64,000 nt of DNA from Anaerolineae bacterium. GTDB taxonomy: Bacteria > Chloroflexota > Anaerolineae > B4-G1 > SLSP01. The position numbers and the translations under genes were made by a program. The notes beneath the pieces were generated by a model. That model worked only from the letters and a program-made list of their open reading frames with translations. It was not told where the DNA came from and did no database searches. Below, piece after piece: positions 18,136-29,052 of this stretch. Numbering within the stretch: position 1 is the first letter of the stretch; each line of letters opens with the position of its first letter. Location of the stretch: the NCBI GenBank assembly GCA_026991395.1, contig JALXBP010000117.1, forward strand, positions 29,458-93,457, in the 5' to 3' direction.

Positions 18136-18804
18136 TCAGGCCAGAAGCCCCTGGAGGGCCTGGAGCAGGGCCTCGGTAACCGCCTCGATGGGACGGTTGC
18201 CGTCGATCTCCACGAGCACGGCCTTGGCGCGATAATAATCGACCAGCGGTGCGGTCAGTTCGCGGTAGACCTTCAAGCGGTTGCGGACGGTCTCCGGCTT
18301 GTCGTCATCCCGCTGGTAGAGTTCGGCCCCGTCGCGATCGCAGCGGTTATCGTCCTTGGGCGGATTGAACGTAACGTGATAGGTCGCGCCACAGACGGGA
18401 CAGATGCGCCGCCCGGTGATCCGCTCGACGATGACGGCATCGGGGACGACGAAGTTGACGGCGCGGTCGATGGCTAGGCCCTTGTCCGCCAGCGCCGCAT
18501 CGAGGGCCTCCGCCTGCGCGATCGTGCGCGGGAAGCCGTCTAAGATCGCCCCCCTGGCACAATCCGGACGTGCCAGCCGATCGAGCACCATGGCGATGGT
18601 GATGTCGTCGGGGACGAGATCGCCGCGATCCATATAACTTTTCGCTTTCAGCCCCAGGGGGGTCTTGTTCTTCAGATTGTAACGGAAGAGGTCGCCGCTG
18701 GCGACGTGCGGCAGGCCAAGGCGCTCTTGCAGGATGTCGGCCTGGGTGCCCTTCCCCGATCCGGGCGGGCCTAACAAGACGATGTAAACGGGTTTCGTGG
18801 TCAT
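18136..18804 (-). CDS. adk: adenylate kinase (Zn-lid type)
   Basis: P-loop GPPGSGKGTQA, LID with CPVCG...CDRDG. Start taken at second Met (GGAGG SD 4 nt upstream); alternative start 18807. Confidence 0.9.
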   Translation of the reverse strand: MTTKPVYIVLLGPPGSGKGTQADILQERLGLPHVASGDLFRYNLKNKTPLGLKAKSYMDRGDLVPDDITIAMVLDRLARPDCARGAILDGFPRTIAQAEALDAALADKGLAIDRAVNFVVPDAVIVERITGRRICPVCGATYHVTFNPPKDDNRCDRDGAELYQRDDDKPETVRNRLKVYRELTAPLVDYYRAKAVLVEIDGNRPIEAVTEALLQALQGLLA

Positions 18805-19144
18805 CATACCTCCTTCGTGTTATGGGCCTCGTCCTCGAGACCCGTCAGTGCTTTGTACGCCTCCCAGCTAATGAAGGAGCCGCCATCGCCGGTCTGCTCG
18901 ACGATGCGGTAGCGCCCGTCCAGCCGTACGGTGATGAAGAAGGGCGTGAAACAGCGCCCGTCCATCACCTCCTTACGCAGGAGGAAGCCGCCGTGTTCCC
19001 CGTCGCGCTGCAGATCGTACCGCTTGTCGGCGCGGATCATCACGGGTGCGCCGCAGCGATCGCACGTCAGGTAGAAGTAGAGACCGTGCGGGTCGTGCGG
19101 CTCAGCGAGCCGAGGACGGAGGCGGGAGAAGAGTTTCCTGAACA
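18804..19144 (-). CDS. small hypothetical protein (113 aa) with CxxC motif
   Basis: ATG rc of 19142-19144 preceded by perfect AAAGGAG SD (5-nt spacer). [118 protein letters not shown]-type overlap with the adk start; overlaps the rnhA 3' end by 43 nt. In the ORF track it is buried inside the 196-aa frame 18804..19394. Confidence 0.5.
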
Positions 19145-19632
19145 TCGTGCTCCTTTCGTTCGTAGCCCTCATCAGGGGGCAAGTCAGCGCGGGAAGCGGC
19201 CTCCCGCGCCAGGGAATCACAGCGCTCGTTATCCACGTTGCCGTCGTGCCCCCGCACCCAGACGAAGCGAACCTCGTGCCGCTCGCAGAGGCGCAGCAGT
19301 TCCTCCCACAGGTCCGGATTGAGCGCCCGCTCCTTGCCGTTGCGCATCCAGCCTCGCGCCCGCCAGCGCCGCGCCCATCCCTTCTCCATCGCATCGACCA
19401 GGTAACGCGAATCGGTGTACACCGTTACCCGACACGGCTCCTTCAGGGCCTTCAGCCCCTCGATAGCCGCACGCAGTTCCATCCGGTTGTTGGTCGTATG
19501 GCGAAAGCCGCCGGAAAGCTCCTTGCGATGGCCTTTGTAGCTCAGGATAACCCCGTATCCCCCGGGGCCGGGATTGCCCAAAGCGCTCCCGTCGGTGTAG
19601 ATCGTGACGGCCTTCTTCGCCTTCGCGCTCAT
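19102..19632 (-). CDS. rnhA: ribonuclease HI
   Basis: 176 aa; [22 protein letters not shown]...[14 protein letters not shown]...[11 protein letters not shown]...[18 protein letters not shown], catalytic DEDD residues present; about 20-aa C-terminal extension. Confidence 0.85.
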   Translation of the reverse strand: MSAKAKKAVTIYTDGSALGNPGPGGYGVILSYKGHRKELSGGFRHTTNNRMELRAAIEGLKALKEPCRVTVYTDSRYLVDAMEKGWARRWRARGWMRNGKERALNPDLWEELLRLCERHEVRFVWVRGHDGNVDNERCDSLAREAASRADLPPDEGYERKEHDVQETLLPPPSSAR

Positions 19633-20988
19633 ACGACGTCGTAGATGCTGCCGCCGATGAACTCGCGGATGTGCGAGGTCGGCGGGATGACCGATTCCTC
19701 GTAAACCGGCGTGACCGCCTCCAGCAGGCGATGGACGCGCCTGGCCCGCAGGTAGGCATCGACGTGATAGGGATCGTCGCGATAGCGCTCCACCCAGGCG
19801 CTGAAGTCCTCGAAGAGGCGGGCACGCATAATCGGCAGTTCATAAGGCACGGCACTGTTGATGATGTAGTCCGCCGAGTTGACGTAGGGGATGATGTTGC
19901 GCAGCTCGCTGCTGCGCACGTAGTGCCAATGCTCCAGCGTCCGCCGAGGGCTGTAGCCCCGTGTGCGGGCATCGCGCACCATCCGCCGCATCAGGCGCAG
20001 ATCGGTGAAGCGGATGAACTGATTATCTGGCCCCTTCATCTGCAAGAGCGTTTCGATGTAGAGGCGGAACTTCTGCTCATCGGGGATCGTCTCCGTCATC
20101 GCTGGGTAGAGGCCGTGCAGACTGTCGATGAGGATGATCTCCCCCTCGTGCAACTGCATCGGCGTTACATCGTCATAGCGGCGGCCGGCCTTGAAGTCAT
20201 AACGGGGGATACGCACCTCCTCCCCGGCGATCAGGCGCTGCAGGTGCTCGTTGATCAGGGCCAGATCGAGGGCCTGAGGCGTCTCGAAATCGTAATCACC
20301 GAACTCATCGCGGGGATGTTTCTCCAGATCGAAGAAGTAGTTGTCCACATTGAGCGCCACGAGGCTCAGGCCCTCGCGGCGGAGATGCTCGCCCAGCTTG
20401 ATCGTCGTCGTCGTCTTGTTGGAGGAGGAAGGCCCGGCGATGATCGCCACACGCACCTCGTCCCGCCGCTCGATGATCATCCGCGCGGCCTGCGCGATGT
20501 CCTGCTCGTAGCAGGCATCCGATTCGGCGACGATCTGGGCAAACTCGCCGCGGGCAACGCGCTCGTTCAGCCGATAGACGGTGTAGAGATTGTGATCGAC
20601 CGTCCAGACGAGGATTTCCCACAGCTTGCGGTAGGGGATGTTCTCGGGGTCGCGCTCCGACTCGCCCCGCTCACGACGTTTGCGCCGTCGCGCACGGTCG
20701 GCACGGTAGAGGATGTACGCCTTGGCCGTCCGCGCGTGGCCGTTTTCGATGAGCACTTTCTCCACGATGTCCTGGATATTCTCGACCGTCGGAAGATTGT
20801 CGGCACTGTAGTTGTTTTCCAGAATGGCGACGACCTGATCGGTGAGCCGCTCCGCCGTCTCGCGGTCCCGTCCGCCGACGGCGATGGCGGCACGGTAGAT
20901 GGCGTTGGTGATACGCTGCCGATTGAAGGGGACGATCGCGCCGTTGCGTTTGACGACGTAAGGTATCTTCTCCGACATGCGACCTCCT
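19629..20988 (-). CDS. ATP-cone domain fused to uridine kinase/phosphoribulokinase-family nucleoside kinase
   Basis: Real start ATG rc of 20986-20988 with GGAGG SD. The 814-aa ORF in the track is an upstream in-frame shadow. N-terminal ATP-cone ([36 protein letters not shown]), then P-loop [18 protein letters not shown] and Udk/PRK-like core ([27 protein letters not shown]). Confidence 0.8.
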
Positions 20989-21080
20989 TCATCTGCGAAA
21001 GGCTCAGCATTTTCATTATACCCTCGGAAGGAGGGGGTGGCAATGCACCCTTGCCGGAGCGCGAGGCCGAAAGAGGACGA

Positions 21081-21102
21081 GGGGGCTTCGACGGAAGCCC
21101 CC
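21081..21102 (-). terminator. hairpin (GGGGGCTTC-GACG-GAAGCCCCC) downstream of the sugar ABC permease operon
   Basis: 9-bp perfect stem 20 nt beyond the permease stop at 21122 on the minus strand; weak T tract. Confidence 0.4.
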
Positions 21103-21121
21103 TCGCGCGGTACAACGCGGG

Positions 21122-21964
21122 TTATCCCTTCACACCGCCCAGCGTCAGGCCCGATTCCAGGTAACGTTGCAGGCTCAGGAAGACGAGGAGCGTCGGCACG
21201 GAGATGAGGAGCGCACCGGCAGCGAAGAGTCCCCAGGGAATCTCCATGTCCTGCGCCAGATGTGTCAGGCCGACCGGCAAGGTGAACATCTCCTCCTTGC
21301 CGACGAGCATCACCTCCGCCATAATGTACTCGTTCCATCCGGCCAGGAAGCCGAAGAGCGCCGTCACGGCCAGCGCCGGACGGGCCAGCGGCAGGCCGAT
21401 CTGCAGGAAAGCCTGGAGCGGCGTCGCCCCGTCGATGAGCGCCGCCTCCTCGATCTCGATGGGGATGGTATCGAAGTAGCCCTTCAGGTTCCAGGTGGTG
21501 AAGACGAGCGTACCGGTGGAGTAGGCCAGGATCAGTCCCCAATGCGTCCCGAAGAGGCCCAGCGAGCGCAGGATTTGGGCAATCGGCACCAAGGCGAGGA
21601 TGCCGGGGAAGGACTGGATGGCCAGCAGGAGGATGAGCGCCGTCTCCCGCCCCTTGAACTGGAAGCGGGAGAAGGCGAAAGCCCCCGTCGTCGCCAGCGA
21701 GACGCAGAAGACCGTCGTCAGCGTCGCGATGAAGAGGCTGTTTTTCAGCCAGGTGAGGAAGGGCATATCGAAGAGGATGGCGTGGAAGTTCTCCCACGTT
21801 ACCTCCACCGGCAGGAACATCCCCACCAGATTGAGCGTCAACAGGCGCTGTCCGGGCCGCAAGGCGGCGAGGAAGACGAACCAGATCGGGTAGATGGCGA
21901 TGAAGACGGCGATGATCAAGACCAGATAGAGCAGCACCAGGGTCAACCGGCTCGGTCTTCTCAT
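21122..21964 (-). CDS. carbohydrate ABC transporter permease (MalG-like, CUT1)
   Basis: 280 aa; 6 TM helices; EAA loop region (EEAALIDGATPLQAFLQIGLPLARPAL). Confidence 0.85.
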   Translation of the reverse strand: MRRPSRLTLVLLYLVLIIAVFIAIYPIWFVFLAALRPGQRLLTLNLVGMFLPVEVTWENFHAILFDMPFLTWLKNSLFIATLTTVFCVSLATTGAFAFSRFQFKGRETALILLLAIQSFPGILALVPIAQILRSLGLFGTHWGLILAYSTGTLVFTTWNLKGYFDTIPIEIEEAALIDGATPLQAFLQIGLPLARPALAVTALFGFLAGWNEYIMAEVMLVGKEEMFTLPVGLTHLAQDMEIPWGLFAAGALLISVPTLLVFLSLQRYLESGLTLGGVKG

Positions 21965-23133
21965 TGGTAGGCTCCTTTCGTGATCTTCGTGAAGCGCAGG
22001 CTGAAGAGCGTGGCGAAGAAGAGGAGGATGAAGATGACCGTCGCATAGGCTCCTGCGTCCGCATATCGATCACCGCGGAAGAGCGTCTTGTACCCGTAGA
22101 TCATCACGAACTCCGTAACGCCGGGCTTCCCCGCTCCGCGGATGGGGCCGCCCGCCGTGACGAGCCAGACGGTGTTGAACATCTGGAAGGTGGTGATGGC
22201 GCTGAGGACGATGGCGGGCATCACCGCCGGTCGGAGCAGGGGCAGCGTGATGCGGGTCAACTGCTGGAACCACGTCGCCCCGTCCACCTCCGCCGCCTCG
22301 TACTGATCCTGCGGGATCGATTGCAAAGCCCCCAGGATCACGACCATGAAGAAGGGATAGCTCAGCCAGATGTTGATGACGACGACGGCGACGAAGGCCC
22401 AGATCGGGTCCTGCAGCCAGGCCGGGCCCTGGATGCCGAAGAGCTTCAGCACCTGATTGATCGTCCCTTGCTCCGTGCGGAAGAAGAACTGCCAGATGAG
22501 CGCCGTGATGTAGGAAGGCACCGCCCACGGGAAGATGAGCAGCGTCCGCCACGCCCCCTTGGCCTTGATGTGGCGATTGTTGAGAATGAGCGCCAGGATA
22601 AGCCCGAAAAGGAAGAAGAAAGGGATACAGGCAAGCACGTAGAGGAAAGTATGGAACATCACGATGAAGAAGTCGCTGGCGTCGCTAAGCAAAGCTATCG
22701 CCTCGTTCGCCTTGACCACGACCCAGAGCACAGCGCTCACCGCCATCCCAACCGGCCACCAGTACCAGGTTGACGGTGGGCTGAGGGACTTTTCCTTCAC
22801 GCGGCGCACCGCCCACGCGACGAGCAGGAGCGGCGCGATAACGATGAAGAGCCGCAGCCACGCCTCCAGCGCCTCCTTCGTGACCAACGGCCCGAAGATC
22901 TCCTGGTAGTTGCCGAGCAGCGGCTGCTGCCAGCAGTAGTGCTGCAGCGTCTTCGGGTCGCAGTGCCAGATGTCCTCCGGCGGCTTGTAATGGAAACGGC
23001 TGCGGTTGGTCAAGGAGATGAAGATGTTGTAGAGCATCGGATAGAGGCTGAGGATCGTTACGCCGATCATCGTCGGCGCGGTAAAGAGCAGGATGATCAA
23101 CCGCTTCTTCCACCCTCGGTAGGAAACCCCCAT
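21961..23133 (-). CDS. carbohydrate ABC transporter permease (MalF-like, CUT1)
   Basis: Start chosen at MGVSYRGWKK (ATG rc 23131-23133) with GGAAGGAG SD; EAA loop YEAAEVDGATWFQQLTRITLPLLRPA. Upstream 33 codons of the listed ORF lack an RBS. Confidence 0.85.
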   Translation of the reverse strand: MGVSYRGWKKRLIILLFTAPTMIGVTILSLYPMLYNIFISLTNRSRFHYKPPEDIWHCDPKTLQHYCWQQPLLGNYQEIFGPLVTKEALEAWLRLFIVIAPLLLVAWAVRRVKEKSLSPPSTWYWWPVGMAVSAVLWVVVKANEAIALLSDASDFFIVMFHTFLYVLACIPFFFLFGLILALILNNRHIKAKGAWRTLLIFPWAVPSYITALIWQFFFRTEQGTINQVLKLFGIQGPAWLQDPIWAFVAVVVINIWLSYPFFMVVILGALQSIPQDQYEAAEVDGATWFQQLTRITLPLLRPAVMPAIVLSAITTFQMFNTVWLVTAGGPIRGAGKPGVTEFVMIYGYKTLFRGDRYADAGAYATVIFILLFFATLFSLRFTKITKGAYQ

Positions 23134-23238
23134 AAGCTCCTTCCCCCTTTCGAAGAAAGCCCGTCTGCACGGCGCAGGCGGGCTTTCTCCATACGCGGCG
23201 GCGTGAGCCAGAAGCCTACGCCGCCTGTTCACGCCGCC

Positions 23239-24540
23239 TTACTGCATATTGGCGATGCACTCCTCGATGGCCGCCTGGGCCGCGTCCATCGCCTCCTTCG
23301 GCTCCTGCGAGCCGTTCCAGATGGCGGTCGTCGCATCACCGACAGGCCCCCACTGGCAGTCGATGTAGGGATGGTTGGGCATAGGCGTGCCGCGGTTCAG
23401 CGAAGCGCCGAAGCCGGCAATCGTCGGGATAGCCTGGACTTCGGGGTCGTTGAGCGCGTCGGAGTTGGCGGGGATCGTCTTGTTGACCAGGGAGAGGCGC
23501 TTCTGCACCTCGGCGGTGCCGAAGTACTTCATCACCTCGATCGCAGCCTGGTCATGTCCGCGATCGACGGCGTTCTGCGTCAGCATGAAGAGCTTGATGC
23601 CGACGAAGGGGCTGCCCATCGGCGCGATGCCGTAGTTGATGCCCGCGTCCTCGATGTCCTTGATCGCCCACGGGCCGGTCCACCAGATCGCCGCCTGTCC
23701 CTCGGTGAGCATCGACTTGCAGATCTCGTGGCTCGTCTCGGCGGGAGCATAGGGGCGGAAGTCGGCGATCCACTGCGCGGCGGCATAGCCCTCCGGCGTG
23801 GCGAGATAGACGTTGCCCTGATCGTCGATATAACCGCCGTACTTGCTCAGGCCAAGCCCGAAGTAGATGGGCGCAACGTGATAGGCATCGGGATTGCCCA
23901 GCCCCTGATTGCACAGGTAGTACATATCGGGGTGATCCTCGCGGAATTTCTTGGCCAGTTCCATCAGGCTGTCGAAGTCATCGGGGGCGGGCAACTGATC
24001 CTCGCCGATCAGGTCCTTGTTGTAAACGAGCGCGATGCCCTCCTGCGACTCCGGAATGCCCCAAATCTGGCCGTTCCAGACCATCGCCTTGACGGCGGCC
24101 GGCTCGAAGTTGCTCTCCAGATAGTCCATATCGATGTAGTCATCGAGGGGGACGATGTTACCGGCCAGCGCATTGCGCCCGATCTGATCCTGCACCCACT
24201 CGATGATATCGGGACCTTCCCCGGCGGGGATGGCGACCTGCAGGGCATCGGAGAGGTTGTCCACCTGCGAGGCCTCGATCTGGATGTCATCGTGGGACGC
24301 ATTGAACTCATCGATGATCTTCTGGTACTCCTCCGCATAAGCACCACTCCAGCCATGCCAGATGGTTACCGTAACCGGCTCCGGCGTAGCCTCCTCCGTC
24401 GGGGCCTCGGTTGGCTCCTCGGTCGGAGCCTCGGTCGGGGCCTCGGTGGCCGGAGCCTCGGTCGGCTTCTGACCGCAGGCAACCAACAGCATGCTGGCCA
24501 CGACCAGCAACGAAAGCAGTGCGAAAAGCCGCTTTTTCAT
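23239..24540 (-). CDS. carbohydrate ABC transporter substrate-binding lipoprotein (MalE-like)
   Basis: 433 aa; lipoprotein signal MKKRLFALLSLLVVASMLLVAC, TEAPTEEP linker repeats, SBP family 1 core. Confidence 0.9.
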   Translation of the reverse strand: MKKRLFALLSLLVVASMLLVACGQKPTEAPATEAPTEAPTEEPTEAPTEEATPEPVTVTIWHGWSGAYAEEYQKIIDEFNASHDDIQIEASQVDNLSDALQVAIPAGEGPDIIEWVQDQIGRNALAGNIVPLDDYIDMDYLESNFEPAAVKAMVWNGQIWGIPESQEGIALVYNKDLIGEDQLPAPDDFDSLMELAKKFREDHPDMYYLCNQGLGNPDAYHVAPIYFGLGLSKYGGYIDDQGNVYLATPEGYAAAQWIADFRPYAPAETSHEICKSMLTEGQAAIWWTGPWAIKDIEDAGINYGIAPMGSPFVGIKLFMLTQNAVDRGHDQAAIEVMKYFGTAEVQKRLSLVNKTIPANSDALNDPEVQAIPTIAGFGASLNRGTPMPNHPYIDCQWGPVGDATTAIWNGSQEPKEAMDAAQAAIEECIANMQ

Positions 24541-24622
24541 CGGGATCCTCCTTTTACGTAAAGATATACATAGAGACGTGAAGTCGTCGAACTACGGCAG
24601 GGGCTTTCACCCTTGCATCTCA

Positions 24623-24650
24623 ATCATAGCATACGGAATTGCCATGTCAA
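24623..24650 (-). promoter_or_regulatory. sigma70-type promoter for the sugar ABC operon (TTGACA-16-TATGAT on minus strand)
   Basis: rc of 24645-24650 = TTGACA, rc of 24623-24628 = TATGAT, 16-nt spacer; about 80-nt 5'UTR; palindrome TTGTCAGACAA at 24665-24675 just upstream. Confidence 0.5.
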
Positions 24651-24782
24651 GATGGGCAGCCGATGTTGTCAGACAACCTACATTGTAGCCTCGGCGCATC
24701 CGCAGAATCGACGAGCCGTCTTGCGCACCATCACCGTCGGCACGACGCTCGCGCCGGCGATGCCCCACGGCTCCATCCCCCC

Positions 24783-25208
24783 TCATGGGTGACGAAGCTC
24801 CACCTCCCCTTCCACCGCTACGCCGTGAACCAGTGTGTTCGTTACGGTTCCCCATTCGGCGGCCTTCTCGTGCAGGTACTCCAGCTTGTCCAAGGGCGCA
24901 TCGCTCGTGAGCGAAAGCGTGTAATGAATGCCGACCAATCCGGGCGGTACGTCGCGACGGACACCCTCCACTTCCACGCGGACATCCTGCAATTCGATGC
25001 GCATCTTGGCTGCCAGGGTTTGGACGTTGGTCAGCAGGCATGTGCCCAGGGCGACGAGCAGGGTCTCGGCAGCATTAGGACCGGCCTCCCCACCGCCACG
25101 TTTGATATTCACGCGGAAGGTATGATGACGCACCTGCGCCGTAGCCCCACTCTCATCATCACGCACGACGGTGACAACGTAATGCTGGGGCGAGTTCTGG
25201 CCATGCAT
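24783..25208 (-). CDS. OsmC/Ohr-family peroxiredoxin-like protein
   Basis: 141 aa; OsmC fold signature with conserved Cys pair (LGTCLLTN ... in C-terminal half). Confidence 0.8.
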   Translation of the reverse strand: MHGQNSPQHYVVTVVRDDESGATAQVRHHTFRVNIKRGGGEAGPNAAETLLVALGTCLLTNVQTLAAKMRIELQDVRVEVEGVRRDVPPGLVGIHYTLSLTSDAPLDKLEYLHEKAAEWGTVTNTLVHGVAVEGEVELRHP

Positions 25209-25259
25209 CAGAGCACCTCCTTCGAGTGTCGCGCCCGTGCGAGGGGGCGACTTTAGCCT

Positions 25260-27678
<2,419 letters not shown>

Positions 27679-27696
27679 GCGCCACGATCCACAACA

Positions 27697-27725
27697 GGCC
27701 GCCCCGGTCGGGCGGCCTGTTTCTA
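27697..27725 (+). terminator. rho-independent terminator after eno
   Basis: GGCCGCCC-CGGTC-GGGCGGCC stem followed by TGTTTCTATG. Confidence 0.6.
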
Positions 27726-27733
27726 TGTCGGGA

Positions 27734-28621
27734 TCACCGGCGCTTGGCTGCGTCGATGGCCAGGGCGATCGCGCCCAGGACACCGGCACGGTCGCCCAAC
27801 GTCGGCGGGACGAGATAACGCTCCATCGGCGTCAAGGGGCAGTAGCCGCCGAGCAAGCGGGGCACCTTGGCGCGGATGAGGGGGAGGAGGATGGGCTGTC
27901 GCATCACACCGCCGCCGATGATGATCCGCTGCGGCGCTAAGGTGAGGATGTAGGAGGTTACCGCCAGTGCCAGATAGTGCGCCTCCAGGCTCCACGCCGG
28001 ATGCTCCGACGGCAGGTCCTCCGCCGGACGGCCCCAGCGCAGCGCCAGCGCCGTGCCGGAGGCCAGGCCCTCCAGACAATCCCCGTGGAAAGGGCAGATA
28101 CCGGCGAAGGGGTCGCGGACGCGGTCGTGCGGCACGATCAGATGGCCCATTTCCGGATGACGCAGGCCGTGCAAGAGATTCCCTTCCACGATGGCCCCGC
28201 CACCGACGCCCGTGCCTACGGTGATGTAGAGCACCGTCCGCAGCCCCTGCGCCGCCCCCCATCGAGCCTCGCCCCACACCGCCCCGTTGACGTCGGTATC
28301 GAAGACGACGGGCAAGCGCAGCGCCCGGTGCACGAAGGCCGCGATATTGGTTCCCTCCCATCCCTCCTTGGGCGTCGCTCCAATCTCGCCGTAGTTCGGC
28401 GACTCCGGATCGACATCCGCCGGGCCGAACGAGACGACGCCCACGGCGGAGAACTTCAGTCCGTAGGCTTCACTCGCGTGGCGAAAGAAAGCGACAACCT
28501 GCGAGAGTGTCTCCTCCGGCGTCGTCGTGGGGAAACGGCGCTCGGCCAAAATGCGTCCCTGGCGATCCCCCACGGCACAGACGAACTTTGTACCACCCGC
28601 CTCGACCCCACCGTAAAGCAT
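27734..28621 (-). CDS. ROK-family sugar kinase (fructokinase/glucokinase-like, no HTH)
   Basis: Start at MLYGGVEAGGTKFVCAV (ATG rc 28619-28621, AAAGGAGAG upstream); ROK motifs GTGVGGGAIVEG, zinc-binding CPFHGDCLE. Alternative upstream start 28660 has no RBS. Confidence 0.8.
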   Translation of the reverse strand: MLYGGVEAGGTKFVCAVGDRQGRILAERRFPTTTPEETLSQVVAFFRHASEAYGLKFSAVGVVSFGPADVDPESPNYGEIGATPKEGWEGTNIAAFVHRALRLPVVFDTDVNGAVWGEARWGAAQGLRTVLYITVGTGVGGGAIVEGNLLHGLRHPEMGHLIVPHDRVRDPFAGICPFHGDCLEGLASGTALALRWGRPAEDLPSEHPAWSLEAHYLALAVTSYILTLAPQRIIIGGGVMRQPILLPLIRAKVPRLLGGYCPLTPMERYLVPPTLGDRAGVLGAIALAIDAAKRR

Positions 28622-28809
28622 GCGCGTTAGTCTCTCCTTTCGGCCCAGACTTTTCGTCATTGTACACAGAAGCCCGACGATAGCGAATGAAGCATCGATA
28701 ACAGCTCAATAAACAAAACGCTCATCTCCCTATTTCGCCGGTTTGTGGTATACTCGAACCGCGCTATGGTGTAGCGCTACGACAGAGGAGACGTCGAGGA
28801 GGACAATGT

Positions 28810-29052
28810 ATGTATCCGCTCATCAAGCTCAAGGCCAACCAACGAGGGGTCATTCGTGCATTGCGCGGAGGCCATCGCTTCATCGCACGGATGGCCTCTC
28901 TCGGCTTCACACCGGGAGCGGTCGTCACGATGACACGCAACGACGGCTTCGGTCCGGTGATCGTTTCGGTGCGCGGGACGCGCGTCGCTTTGGGTCGGGG
29001 TGAAGCCAACCGCGTCCTCATCGTCACGCCCCAGGGAGGTCATCTTGACTGA
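28810..29052 (+). CDS. feoA: ferrous iron transport protein FeoA
   Basis: 80 aa, SH3-like FeoA; SD GAGGAGG 7 nt upstream. Confidence 0.85.
   Translation: MYPLIKLKANQRGVIRALRGGHRFIARMASLGFTPGAVVTMTRNDGFGPVIVSVRGTRVALGRGEANRVLIVTPQGGHLD

Noticed and set aside
19629-22073. 814-aa ORF suggesting a giant protein
   Set aside because: Only the C-terminal 453 aa (from ATG at 20988 with GGAGG SD) encode the ATP-cone/kinase. The upstream 360 aa are Ser/Arg/Pro-rich shadow overlapping the two ABC permease genes in another frame.
28696-28726. Possible Fur box (GATAACAGCTCAATAAACA) upstream of the ROK/feoA divergent region
   Set aside because: Only about half the positions match the 19-bp Fur consensus. 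Reported only as part of the AT-rich control region.
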